A stretch of 64,000 nt of DNA, from positions 106,133 through 170,132 of the forward strand of contig CAZAMC010000001.1 in NCBI GenBank assembly GCA_964486505.1, given 5' to 3'. Positions 8,652 to 17,921 of the stretch are shown here, piece by piece (the first letter of the stretch is position 1; every line of letters begins with the position of its first letter). A program made the position numbers and the translations under genes. The notes beneath the pieces were generated by a model. It searched no databases. It was not told the DNA's origin and was given only the letters and a program-made list of their open reading frames with translations. The DNA is from an uncultured Gammaproteobacteria bacterium (GTDB lineage: Bacteria > Patescibacteriota > Patescibacteriia > PEXW01).

Positions 8652-10039
8652 AGTGTCTCGTTGCCTACCGCGCTCAATGGTTCACCCACAGGATGGAGCG
8701 AGGCAACGCGTTCAGAGATAACGATGACGTTCTTCATCTTGTACCCGAGTTTGTTGAAGAGCGCGCGAGATTGTATGCCGCGGCGCTGGCCATTTGAAAT
8801 GACGCTAATTCCGCCCTCACCTTGTACGCGCACGAGCTCACCGTCACGGAGCGTGAGCGCGTCACCTTTGGCATACTGGAGAAGTTCGTCATTGGTAATG
8901 GTGACCGTTGCTTTGCGATTGGGGAAGCGGGACTGCAGGATAGCCCGGTCCAGAATTGGGTGCCACACGCCCTGCTCAATCCAGACAATTGCGCTAAGAC
9001 CCTTAATTTTTACTAAGGCGCCCGCCGGGTAGGCGCTGGTATTGGATATTTGGAAGCCATCAAGGTACCCCGCCAGGTCCTCGGCCGTTACATCAATGAC
9101 TTCTTCTGGATTAAAGCCCAGATTTCGAAACACTTCTTCGTCCTGGATGAGTCTCTTCTCATCGCCACTTAGTAGGTAGGTTGCGCCATCCGGCGTGCGG
9201 ACCAGTGAGTAGTTTGGTAGGCGAAGGTCTGCGCCGCGTGGGTACTGCCCCAATGCATCCTGCGTAACTTCCAAAATTTTTGTATAGTCACCAAAACGAG
9301 TGACGAACGCTGAGCGGGTTTGAATTGCCCGGCGGAAACCATTCTGTACTAGCCAGATGGGCCCTTTCTTACCAACGCGAATCAGTGAACCATCGGGGTA
9401 CAGTTTGCTGAACCAGCCCGTATAGAACGTGTAGAAATTGTAGTTTCCGTTGTACACATGGGGGGTGTAGTTGTAGAGCGCAGCCGTAGCTTGCGTCTGG
9501 ACGGCGACCGTTGTTTGGCGAGAGCCACCAAGATCGTTAAAGGTGTACACATTGCCCGCTTTGAAGGTGTAGCGGCCCGGGAAATCCATATACTGCCGGA
9601 ATTGCCAGGTGGCAAAATCCATTTGCCGGTACAAGCCAGCCGCGTTGCCACTGCAGCCACCGCTATCAGGACAGCCGTAGCCCATGGCGTAGTCGTAGGC
9701 CCGTTGGGAAGGGGACTTATGGGTGAGCAAACTCTGTTCTTTCTGCAAAGTAACGAGTATGACTTTTGGGTTAATGTTGTACGCCCGGGCAATTTCGACA
9801 ATCGCATCGCTTACGCGCTTGGTGGTGCCATTAAAATCCTGCACTTGCTTGGCCGTAAGGGTTCCCCCTCGACGGGCAAGAAAAGACTGCACGTCGGGCG
9901 CAGTCATGCTTGTGCTGTCGGTAAATTCCTGGTCGGAAATAATCCAACCAGGGTTGAATGCTGCATGGGTTGCGAACGGAACGCTCAGGCAACCAGCTAC
10001 CGTGACGAGCACGAGCGCTACGCGTTTTCGGCTGTGCAT
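8648..10039 (-). CDS. Secreted protein with an N-terminal domain and three tandem ~95-aa repeats (possible cell-wall associated)
   Basis: Signal peptide VALVLVTVAGCLSVPFATHA. Three internal repeats: GSLIRVGKKGPIWLVQNGFRRAI.../GALVKIKGLSAIVWIEQGVWHPI.../GELVRVQGEGGISVISNGQRRGI... Confidence 0.5.
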   Translation of the reverse strand: MHSRKRVALVLVTVAGCLSVPFATHAAFNPGWIISDQEFTDSTSMTAPDVQSFLARRGGTLTAKQVQDFNGTTKRVSDAIVEIARAYNINPKVILVTLQKEQSLLTHKSPSQRAYDYAMGYGCPDSGGCSGNAAGLYRQMDFATWQFRQYMDFPGRYTFKAGNVYTFNDLGGSRQTTVAVQTQATAALYNYTPHVYNGNYNFYTFYTGWFSKLYPDGSLIRVGKKGPIWLVQNGFRRAIQTRSAFVTRFGDYTKILEVTQDALGQYPRGADLRLPNYSLVRTPDGATYLLSGDEKRLIQDEEVFRNLGFNPEEVIDVTAEDLAGYLDGFQISNTSAYPAGALVKIKGLSAIVWIEQGVWHPILDRAILQSRFPNRKATVTITNDELLQYAKGDALTLRDGELVRVQGEGGISVISNGQRRGIQSRALFNKLGYKMKNVIVISERVASLHPVGEPLSAVGNETL

Positions 10040-10121
10040 AGCTTTATGACAGTACCATATTTTTTAAGGGTGCGCAAGCCTGTGTCTTGCAGAAGTACGT
10101 TTTTACGCGCAAGATGCAGCT

Positions 10122-10823
10122 ATGCAGCAAATTACGTATCGCAATGTACGTTTGGATATTGGCGCTTTGACAGAGCTTCGCGTTGCTTTGCTACAGCTGC
10201 TGGTTAAGCCTGTCACGAGCCGAGTGATGACGATCAATCCGGAATACGTTGTCCTGGCCCAGAAGCGGCCAGAATTAACAACACTTACTCATTCCGCCGC
10301 TTTAAGCCTCGTGGACGGCGTTGGATTAGCGTGGGCATTGCACGGGTATGGACACGTTGATCGTTACCCCGGTGCCGACGCCGTGCAGGATGTTTGTAAA
10401 ACCCTTGCGGCCAAGCACGCATTAGTAGGGGTGCTTGTGCCCGTAGGCGGCCTTTCAAAGCCGGAAGACATCCAGCGCCATCTGGAAATGCGTTTTTCAG
10501 GTTTGCGCTGTAGCGTGTGGACCATTAGCCCCGATGTCCAGGAGCGCATCGCGCATGAGAAACCGACAGCGCTATTCGTTACGCTGGGGCAGCCCTTGCA
10601 GGATATATGGGGTGCCGAACATGCAGCCGCGCTAACCGACACCGCTTTGGTCATGGGGGTTGGCGGCGCGATAGATTTTCTCACTGAGGCGCGACGTCGA
10701 GCGCCTCGATTCTTGCGTCGGCTTGGGTTAGAATGGTTGTGGCGTCTCGTCACTCAACCGCGGCGATTCCCACGAATTCTCCGGGCCACGTTTGGATTCT
10801 GGTACACTATACTTTTCCGATGA
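10122..10823 (+). CDS. WecB/TagA/CpsF-family glycosyltransferase
   Basis: VNPEYVVLAQ, LVDGVGLAWAL, MGVGGAIDF and LEWLWRL blocks are characteristic of the WecG/TagA family. Confidence 0.75.
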   Translation: MQQITYRNVRLDIGALTELRVALLQLLVKPVTSRVMTINPEYVVLAQKRPELTTLTHSAALSLVDGVGLAWALHGYGHVDRYPGADAVQDVCKTLAAKHALVGVLVPVGGLSKPEDIQRHLEMRFSGLRCSVWTISPDVQERIAHEKPTALFVTLGQPLQDIWGAEHAAALTDTALVMGVGGAIDFLTEARRRAPRFLRRLGLEWLWRLVTQPRRFPRILRATFGFWYTILFR

Positions 10824-12271
10824 ACTCTGTCCGCGTTCGATTTGCCCCATCACCAACCGGCCGCTTGCACATTGGAGGCTTGCGGAGCGCCCTCTACAAC
10901 TACCTTTTTGCGAAGAAGCAGAATGGAGTCTTCATATTGCGCATCGAGGACACGGATAGGAAGCGGCTTGTGCCGGGAGCGGTTGAAGATATTGTTGATA
11001 CGTTGCAGGCGTACGGCCTCACTCCGGATGAAGGCCCTGTGCGACGTGATGGAAAAATTATTGAACAAGGCACACATGGCCCTTACGTACAGTCACAGCG
11101 ACTCACCCTCTACCAAGAGGCGGTCCAGGTGTTGCTGGAACAGGGGAGTGCATACCCTTGCTTCTGTAGTGCAGAGCGTTTAGCTAAGCTTCGGGAAAGC
11201 CAGGAGCAGCAGCACCTCCCACCCGGGTATGATGGGCACTGCCGAGAAGTACTACCTGACGATGCGCAGAAACGACGGCACGCGGGGGAAACATGCGTGA
11301 TTCGTTTCCGGGTTCCGCACGAGGGCACCACTACTGCGCAGGATGTTGTGCGTGGCACCGTGCAATTCCGGAATGCACTCCTCGAAGATGCCGTGCTCAT
11401 GAAGTCTGACGGTTATCCAACCTACCACCTAGCGAATGTGGTGGATGATCACGCCATGGAAATTTCCCACGTCATTCGCGCCGAAGAGTGGCTTTCATCT
11501 TTGCCGCTCCACCTCTTGCTGTACCAAGCGTTTGGTTGGAATCCACCAACGTTTGCTCACCTGCCCCACGTTCTGGGCGCGGGCAGGAAAAAGCTTTCAA
11601 AGCGCGATGGCGATACCGCTGCTGGTGACTACCTAAAAGAATACCTCCCCAGGGCGGTTCTGAACTTCATTGCCTTGCTGGGCTGGAATCCGAAAACGAA
11701 TAAGGAGTACTACCCCACAGTTGAAGAGCTCGTCGCCGATTTTGATTTAGCCAAGGTGAATAAGTCGGGAGCGATATTTGATGTGCAGAAACTAACCCAC
11801 CTGCACCAGTTGCACTTACGCGCCACTCCGGTGGATGAGATTCGCACTGCTGCGCAGCTTCCATGTACCGCGGAGGAAGCTCGACGGTACCTTCCACTTG
11901 TGTTGGAACGGGCCGAGCGACTTTCCGATCTCGCTCCAGCCATTGCGTATCTCATTGGCAATGTACCTGAGTACGACGCAGACCTCCTCATCCCAAAGCA
12001 GGGGAGTAGGGAGAATACAAAAAACATCCTCAAGGATACTGCAGCATGGTTAACGTCGTTACCGCAAAGTGTCTGGGGCAACGCTGCAGAAATGCGGGAG
12101 CGCTGCTTGCAGTGGATAATCGAGAGGAAGCGCACAAACCAGGAGACCCTTTGGCCCTTGCGGGTCGCGCTCACGGGGTCACGCACTAGCCCTGACGTAT
12201 TTGATAGCGCCGTTGCCCTGGGTTCGGAACGGACCGTAGAGCGGGTTCAGGCAGCTTTAGCGCGGTTATAG
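10820..12271 (+). CDS. gltX: Glutamyl-tRNA synthetase
   Basis: VRVRFAPSPTGRLHIGGLRSALYNYLFA is the class I HIGH region. KLSKR (KMSKS variant) is present. Start at MNSVRV overlaps the upstream gene by 4 nt. Confidence 0.9.
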   Translation: MNSVRVRFAPSPTGRLHIGGLRSALYNYLFAKKQNGVFILRIEDTDRKRLVPGAVEDIVDTLQAYGLTPDEGPVRRDGKIIEQGTHGPYVQSQRLTLYQEAVQVLLEQGSAYPCFCSAERLAKLRESQEQQHLPPGYDGHCREVLPDDAQKRRHAGETCVIRFRVPHEGTTTAQDVVRGTVQFRNALLEDAVLMKSDGYPTYHLANVVDDHAMEISHVIRAEEWLSSLPLHLLLYQAFGWNPPTFAHLPHVLGAGRKKLSKRDGDTAAGDYLKEYLPRAVLNFIALLGWNPKTNKEYYPTVEELVADFDLAKVNKSGAIFDVQKLTHLHQLHLRATPVDEIRTAAQLPCTAEEARRYLPLVLERAERLSDLAPAIAYLIGNVPEYDADLLIPKQGSRENTKNILKDTAAWLTSLPQSVWGNAAEMRERCLQWIIERKRTNQETLWPLRVALTGSRTSPDVFDSAVALGSERTVERVQAALARL

Positions 12272-12272
12272 C

Positions 12273-12301
12273 TTGCAAAAACGTAGGAAACATGCTATAG
12301 T
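12273..12301 (+). promoter_or_regulatory. Sigma70-like promoter (TTGCAA, 17 nt spacer, TATAGT) giving a near-leaderless transcript of the M23 peptidase gene
   Basis: TTGCAA at 12273-12278 and TATAGT at 12296-12301. ATG at 12311. No Shine-Dalgarno between. Confidence 0.5.
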
Positions 12302-12310
12302 GGCTCCGCT

Positions 12311-13582
12311 ATGGCGAAACAGAAAGTAACACTACGTTTACTCGTCATACTCACGCTCACTACAGGCGTGGTTTTTGGCATGCCGAAAATTGGGCGGGTG
12401 CAGGAAGCCCCAGCCTCGACCGTGAGCACAGTACCCGCCTCGGTAGAGGAACTGAATCGTGCAATAGAGGAAAAGCAGCAGCAGCAAAAATTACTTCAAC
12501 AGCGAGCAGAGGAGTATGCCAATATTGTGGCTCAAAAGCAGAAAGTAGCGGCTAGCTTGCAGAATGAGCTCTCCCTCCTCGATGCACAGGTGGCGAAAAG
12601 TGAGTTAGACCTTCAAGCTCTAGACTTTTCAGTAGAGGAGAAACGTTTAGAGATTCAAGCTGCCCAGCATGGCATTAACGAAGCGCAGGGTGCAATTGAC
12701 CAGCAGCAAAGCTACCTCGCAGATTTAGTGCGTACGTTGTACCGCTACGATCAGAAGGACACGCTGGAACTGCTTGTAGCGCACGATTCTTTTTCAGAAA
12801 TAGTACAGGATGTTCGAGCAGCTACTTCTCTTGAGCAAAAGGTGCAAAGCGCGCTCGACACGGTACAAGAGAAAAAGGCAAACCTGGAGCGCGAGAAGTC
12901 TGATCGGGAACTCCGTAAACTTGAACTAGAAAATCTTCAGAAGGAAGTGGCGCAGGCCACAGAAGCACTTGACGCGCAGCGGGAATACAAGACAACGGTT
13001 CTTACCGAAACTCGTTCGGATGAGCAGCAGTACAATCAACTTCTTGAACAATCAAAACAAGAGCAACTCGCTGCGGATACTGACATTCGTTCGCTAGAAG
13101 AGCAGGTAAAATCAAAACTTGGGGGCACAGCAAACACCAATTCAAACCCCACGATATTTACTGGTAATCGAAATGTTCAACTCGCTTGGCCCGTATCACC
13201 AGCGAAAGGTATTAGTGCGTACTTCCATGACCCGAGTTACCCGTACCGCCGCTACTTCGAACACCCGGCTGTAGACATTCCCACACCCCAAGGGACGGCA
13301 ATTAGTTCCCCAGATGATGCCTACGTCGCCCGGGCGAAAAATGGGGGATTGGGGTATAGCTACATCCTTCTGGTTCACTCAAACAGCATCTCCACAGTCT
13401 ATGGACACGTGAGTCAGATTAATGTTGCTGAAGACACCTTTGTGAAGAAGGGGCAGATCATTGGTCTATCTGGCGGGATGCCGGGCACCCCTGGAGCAGG
13501 TCGTTTAACAACCGGGGCCCACTTGCACTTCGAAGTTCGTTTAAATGGTATCCCAGTAAACCCTCTCGACTACTTACCGTAG
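12311..13582 (+). CDS. Coiled-coil M23 family peptidoglycan metalloendopeptidase (EnvC/NlpD-like)
   Basis: Signal/TM at the N-terminus, then a long Q/E/L-rich coiled coil. C-terminal M23 domain VYGHVSQINV...GQIIGLSG...GAHLHFEVRLNG. Confidence 0.85.
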   Translation: MAKQKVTLRLLVILTLTTGVVFGMPKIGRVQEAPASTVSTVPASVEELNRAIEEKQQQQKLLQQRAEEYANIVAQKQKVAASLQNELSLLDAQVAKSELDLQALDFSVEEKRLEIQAAQHGINEAQGAIDQQQSYLADLVRTLYRYDQKDTLELLVAHDSFSEIVQDVRAATSLEQKVQSALDTVQEKKANLEREKSDRELRKLELENLQKEVAQATEALDAQREYKTTVLTETRSDEQQYNQLLEQSKQEQLAADTDIRSLEEQVKSKLGGTANTNSNPTIFTGNRNVQLAWPVSPAKGISAYFHDPSYPYRRYFEHPAVDIPTPQGTAISSPDDAYVARAKNGGLGYSYILLVHSNSISTVYGHVSQINVAEDTFVKKGQIIGLSGGMPGTPGAGRLTTGAHLHFEVRLNGIPVNPLDYLP

Positions 13583-13676
13583 GGGAGCCTGTTAGAGGAG
13601 GTTTCATAAAGTAGTCATGAGTCGCACAATATATCTTAGGCGAATCATGATAAGCCATAAAGCTGCTCTTGGCCTG

Positions 13677-14123
13677 CTACGCGCTGTGTATCCCAATAAG
13701 TATCAGTAGCAATATCCAGACGAAAAACGCCTGTATTGCCAATCCTGGGCCTTTAGCGACCTCCCACTGTACGAGATTATGAAGCCGGAAGTAAAGACGA
13801 AGCTTCTTGGACCATGGCCGCTGGTGACTGAAGAGCGTCAGAAAATCTGGCAGGCTTGCCCAGCCGACGCCCCAGGCCACCAGAAGCCACTGACTTTTAA
13901 AGGCGGCCAGGAGTAAACCGGTAACAAGGACTGTTGCGGCCATGTCTGGGCCAAAGGCTTGCCAGAAACTTTTGAGACTTCGTTCTTTAGGAACAGGAAA
14001 ATTCCAGTGCGGTACAGCGTCGAGGATAAGATGTGTCGCAAAAGCAAGAGGGGCGCTAAGCACTGGGTTTTGCACAGCCAGCCCTATCGTTGCACCCGCA
14101 ATGACATGCGCGACAAGGAGCAT
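13677..14123 (-). CDS. Small integral membrane protein (possible membrane-bound metal-dependent hydrolase, DUF457-like)
   Basis: Four predicted TM segments. MLLVAHVIAGATIGLA...HLILDAVPH pattern. Confidence 0.4.
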   Translation of the reverse strand: MLLVAHVIAGATIGLAVQNPVLSAPLAFATHLILDAVPHWNFPVPKERSLKSFWQAFGPDMAATVLVTGLLLAAFKSQWLLVAWGVGWASLPDFLTLFSHQRPWSKKLRLYFRLHNLVQWEVAKGPGLAIQAFFVWILLLILIGIHSA

Positions 14124-14124
14124 G

Positions 14125-14937
14125 TTACTTTATGTAGACGCGAGCCGGCACAGAGACATCCACGTATTCAAATTTCTTCCCGCGGAGTTTTTGGTCGTAC
14201 GAAATGAGGAAGGCTTGAACTTGGCGGGTGGTATCACCTAGCCGGTCAGCGACAATATCCCAATCCCCTTCTGCGTGAAAGCGAACTGTTGGGTCGGGGG
14301 GTAGGCTAAGCGTGATGGTAGTAATTTCAAAGGCTGGATTGGCACGCTCGCGGAGTTCTTGTAAGAAATTCCACAGGAACGCCGCATCAGAAGTGGAAAG
14401 AATACTTTGGCCAAGTTCCAGTTTCTCGGGAATAGACGAAAGGCTGAGAGCAGGTGTATGCGGAAGCGGGCCAGTTAGAACAGTAGATACAACCCCGGTG
14501 CGATCGACACTATAGAGCCCGGTTGGATGAGAGATTGAAAAAGCGGGCGACTCTTCAACAAGCGTGAGCTTTAGAGTATCGGGAAGTGAGCGCTCAACGT
14601 GGAGTTCAGAAAAGATCCATTTTTCCCGCAGCCGACGTTCAAAGGCTCGCGTATCAAAGGCCCACAAGGAGTCCTGCTTAAAGAATAGCAGCCAGCGTGA
14701 CTGCATCTGCGCTCGGGTAAGCGCCCGAAGTGACTCGAGGGGTAACGTGTATTCTCCTTGCACCTTGAGCGTATGTAATTGCCAGCTGGGCAACCCGTAT
14801 ACGAGATATGCACCAGCCGCTACAAGACCTGCAGCAAACACGAGGAGAATCCACCGGTGCCGGAGGAGCCACGGCTGATTCGGGGTCTGGGCGAAGAGTG
14901 GATTTCGGTAGGTGGTAGGAGAACGTCGAAAGCGCAT
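14125..14937 (-). CDS. ftsQ: Cell division protein FtsQ/DivIB-like (TM + POTRA)
   Basis: Single TM WILLVFAAGLVAAGAYLVYGL followed by a POTRA-like region (LKVQGEYTLPLESL...LKLTLVEESP). Start at MRFRR chosen to avoid a 100-nt overlap with alr. Confidence 0.6.
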   Translation of the reverse strand: MRFRRSPTTYRNPLFAQTPNQPWLLRHRWILLVFAAGLVAAGAYLVYGLPSWQLHTLKVQGEYTLPLESLRALTRAQMQSRWLLFFKQDSLWAFDTRAFERRLREKWIFSELHVERSLPDTLKLTLVEESPAFSISHPTGLYSVDRTGVVSTVLTGPLPHTPALSLSSIPEKLELGQSILSTSDAAFLWNFLQELRERANPAFEITTITLSLPPDPTVRFHAEGDWDIVADRLGDTTRQVQAFLISYDQKLRGKKFEYVDVSVPARVYIK

Positions 14938-14938
14938 G

Positions 14939-16057
14939 CTAGCGGGTAAGGCTGCGAGGGATTTGCGGGTGTAGGCGGGTAAGCACCTCGTAGACAATGG
15001 TACCACTCTGCTGGGCCATGAGTTCCGCCGGTACATCTGGGCCTATGAGTGATACCCGTGTACCAGTACGGGCACCAGGAACGTTGCTCACGTCAACCAT
15101 GGAGAGATTCATGCAGATTCGACCGCGGATTGGCGCTCGGTGTTGTCCAATGTGCACAACGCCACGGTTAGAGAGAGAGCGGTCAAAACCATCCCAGTAG
15201 CCCACCGGGATCACGCCAATTCGTCCAGGCCGTATAAAACGGTAGGTTCGATTGTAGCCCACAGATGTTCCAGCATTTACAGCCTTTACCTGTACGAGCT
15301 GAGTGTCCCAACGGAGCGCTGGGCGGAGCCGGAAACCCGGGTACCGTTTGTGGACCCGCGTGGGGTCGGCTACTGTCCAAACACCGTAGAGGGACATGCC
15401 GATGCGAACCATGTTGAGGTCGGCATCTGGGTGCACAAGCGTTCCGGCTGAGCAGTTCATGTGTTTTATGAGACATTCCCCTACCCCGCTTTCGAGAGTA
15501 GATGCAAGTGTCGTAAAACGCTCATGCTGCAGTTGAGAAAAGTTTTGGTCTCGGGTTTCGACCTCGGCAAAATGACTGTACACACCCTCCACATGAACGT
15601 GTGGGAGACGCCTTAACGTTTGGATGAGTTGTGGCAGCTCCTTTGGCAGAAAGCCAACGCGCGTGGTGCCGGTATCCAGTTTCACGTGTACGCGTACAGC
15701 TTGTTTCACTTTTTTTCCAAGGCGTTCGTACATGTGTAACATGGCAAGGCTATACGCTGGAAAGCGAATGTTTACGCGTATCGCTTTTTCGAGGTCGGCT
15801 GTCTCTCCATCGAGGTAACTGAGAACCAGAATGGGTTTAGAAACGAGATGCTGGAGAACGAGGGCTTCTTGCACACCGGCGACGCCAAACCATTGTGCCC
15901 CCGCCTGTGCAAATACTCGGGCGCACAGCTCCATGCCATGCCCGTACGCGTTACCCTTTACCACGGCCATGAGCTGGGTTTCCTTTGGCAGAATACGCCG
16001 AAACGCGCGCACGTTGTGTGCGAGGGCTGATCGAGAAATGCGAATAACAGACTGCAT
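14939..16057 (-). CDS. alr: Alanine racemase
   Basis: AVVKGNAYGHG is the PLP-binding motif. Length 372 aa. C-terminal domain conserved. Confidence 0.85.
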   Translation of the reverse strand: MQSVIRISRSALAHNVRAFRRILPKETQLMAVVKGNAYGHGMELCARVFAQAGAQWFGVAGVQEALVLQHLVSKPILVLSYLDGETADLEKAIRVNIRFPAYSLAMLHMYERLGKKVKQAVRVHVKLDTGTTRVGFLPKELPQLIQTLRRLPHVHVEGVYSHFAEVETRDQNFSQLQHERFTTLASTLESGVGECLIKHMNCSAGTLVHPDADLNMVRIGMSLYGVWTVADPTRVHKRYPGFRLRPALRWDTQLVQVKAVNAGTSVGYNRTYRFIRPGRIGVIPVGYWDGFDRSLSNRGVVHIGQHRAPIRGRICMNLSMVDVSNVPGARTGTRVSLIGPDVPAELMAQQSGTIVYEVLTRLHPQIPRSLTR

Positions 16058-16066
16058 GGGCAGTGC

Positions 16067-17350
16067 CTAGGCCTTCGCGATGCGCGTTTGACCGTGCATG
16101 TAGGGCTGGAGCACGTCTGGAATGCGCACGCTGCCATCGGTCTGCTGGTAATTCTCAAGGATTGCAATGATCATCCGGCCAATGGCAAACGCGGTGCCGT
16201 TTAGCAGGTGAGCACTAACGTTCTTGCCATCCTTGCCCTTTACCCGAATGTTCAGCGCTCGAGCTTGGTAATCGGTGGTATTGGAGGTGGAATGGGTTTC
16301 ACGGTACTCACCAGCGCCACCATTCTGGCCCGGCAGCCAGCACTCGATATCGTAGGTTTTTGCCGACGGGAAGCCGAGATCACCGGTGCAGAGCTGAACA
16401 ACACGGTAGGGTATGCCGAGTCCTTTCACCAGTTTTTCCTGCAGTGAAAGAATCTCCTGATGCAACGTTTCGGAGTGCTCTGGGGAACAGACAATGAACA
16501 TTTCTACCTTATCAAACTGGTGCACACGGAGGATGCCCTTGGTATCTTTCCCGTAGCTCCCGGCTTCACGTCGAAAGCAGGAAGAAAAAGCGGCGTACTT
16601 CTTCGGTAGCGCTGAGGTTAGCAGAACTTCATCGGCGTGGTACGGCCCCACCGATTGTTCCGAGGTGCCCACGATGTACTGCTGGTCTTTTTCCAGGGCG
16701 TAGACCTCGTCGGCGCCGCCTTGCGCAAGGTAGCCCATCGCCTCCATGTACTGCTGCTTAATAATAACTGGTGGAACGACAGCGGTGTAACCGGCACGTG
16801 TGAGTTCACCCATGGCGTATTGCACCAGGGCAAACTCTAGAAGGGCGCCCGCGCCTTTTAAGTAGCCAAAACGGCTTCCCGAAACCTTTGCGGCGCGTTG
16901 CACATCGATGATATCAAGGGCCTCTGCCAGGGTGAGGTAGTCTAAAGCCTTTCCGTGATTACTCCGCTCCCCTACTTCGCGCAGGATGACGTTTGCCGAT
17001 GCATCAGGCCCCACCGGAACGTCTGGCAGCGGGATATTCGGCAGCACTAATGTTTGATCCTTTTCAAATGCAGCCAGTTGGTCCAAGGTTTTGGCGGCGG
17101 CGGTTTGCTTTGCTGAAAGGTCTTTAAGGGTTTTCAGTGCCGCTTTTCTTTCTGCCCCGGTTTGGGTTGGGATAAGGCGCTCTAGCTTCTTCTGTTCGGC
17201 CCGTGCCTGCTCATCGGCCTGGAGCGCCTCAGTGTATTTTTCAAGCTGCATCAGGAAGTGCTGGGCCAGTGTGCCAAACTTCTTTCCGCGCTTTTCCAAA
17301 GCGGCAATGTACTCTTCAGGATGTTTCCGTAATTCTCGGAGATCAATCAT
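16067..17350 (-). CDS. serS: Seryl-tRNA synthetase
   Basis: N-terminal coiled-coil MIDLRELRKHPEEY. Class II motifs FRREAGSYGKDTKGILRVHQFDKVE and GSALP...RMIIAILEN. Confidence 0.9.
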   Translation of the reverse strand: MIDLRELRKHPEEYIAALEKRGKKFGTLAQHFLMQLEKYTEALQADEQARAEQKKLERLIPTQTGAERKAALKTLKDLSAKQTAAAKTLDQLAAFEKDQTLVLPNIPLPDVPVGPDASANVILREVGERSNHGKALDYLTLAEALDIIDVQRAAKVSGSRFGYLKGAGALLEFALVQYAMGELTRAGYTAVVPPVIIKQQYMEAMGYLAQGGADEVYALEKDQQYIVGTSEQSVGPYHADEVLLTSALPKKYAAFSSCFRREAGSYGKDTKGILRVHQFDKVEMFIVCSPEHSETLHQEILSLQEKLVKGLGIPYRVVQLCTGDLGFPSAKTYDIECWLPGQNGGAGEYRETHSTSNTTDYQARALNIRVKGKDGKNVSAHLLNGTAFAIGRMIIAILENYQQTDGSVRIPDVLQPYMHGQTRIAKA

Positions 17351-17360
17351 GGCTGTAGAA

Positions 17361-17921
17361 TTAGAGACCGAGGGTAGAAGCGATGCCTTGCACTGCTTCC
17401 AAGGTCAGACGAACATGCTCGTCGAGCGGGCGCTGAAGTTCTTGGGCGCCTTGCGTTATCTCTTCGCGCTTCACCTGCCGGGCAAATCCTTTCTCTTTTA
17501 GCTTCTTGAGAACCGTTGCTACCGATACTTCGCTGAGTTTCTTGTTGGGCCGGACTAGCGCCACGGCAATAATGAAGCCACAGAGCTCATCAACTGCGAA
17601 AATAGCTTTCTTCGCTAAGGAATCTCGCGGTTCACCTGTATGCGGCGCATGGGCCAGGATTGTAGCGATGAATGCCTCTGGGTATCCCTGACCTCGGAGC
17701 GCTTCCGCGCCTTTAAAAGGGTGGTCGGCAATCGTTGGGTAGCGCTCATAGTCGAAGTCGTGCAGCAGCCCCACTTGACCCCAGAACTCCTCATCTTCGC
17801 CGTAGTGCTTCGCGTATGCACGCATGGCCGCTTCGACTGCGAACATGTGCTTTCGAAGATTGACATTCTGCACCCAGGTTTCTAAAAGCGACAAACTTGC
17901 AGCCCGAGGCGGGAGGCTCAT
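17361..17921 (-). CDS. HD-domain phosphohydrolase
   Basis: H...HD motif (KHMFAVEAAMRAYA...VGLLHDFDY) and downstream conserved His/Asp. Confidence 0.7.
   Translation of the reverse strand: MSLPPRAASLSLLETWVQNVNLRKHMFAVEAAMRAYAKHYGEDEEFWGQVGLLHDFDYERYPTIADHPFKGAEALRGQGYPEAFIATILAHAPHTGEPRDSLAKKAIFAVDELCGFIIAVALVRPNKKLSEVSVATVLKKLKEKGFARQVKREEITQGAQELQRPLDEHVRLTLEAVQGIASTLGL

Noticed and set aside
9458-10207. 249-aa plus-strand ORF
   Set aside because: Antisense to the secreted repeat protein gene.
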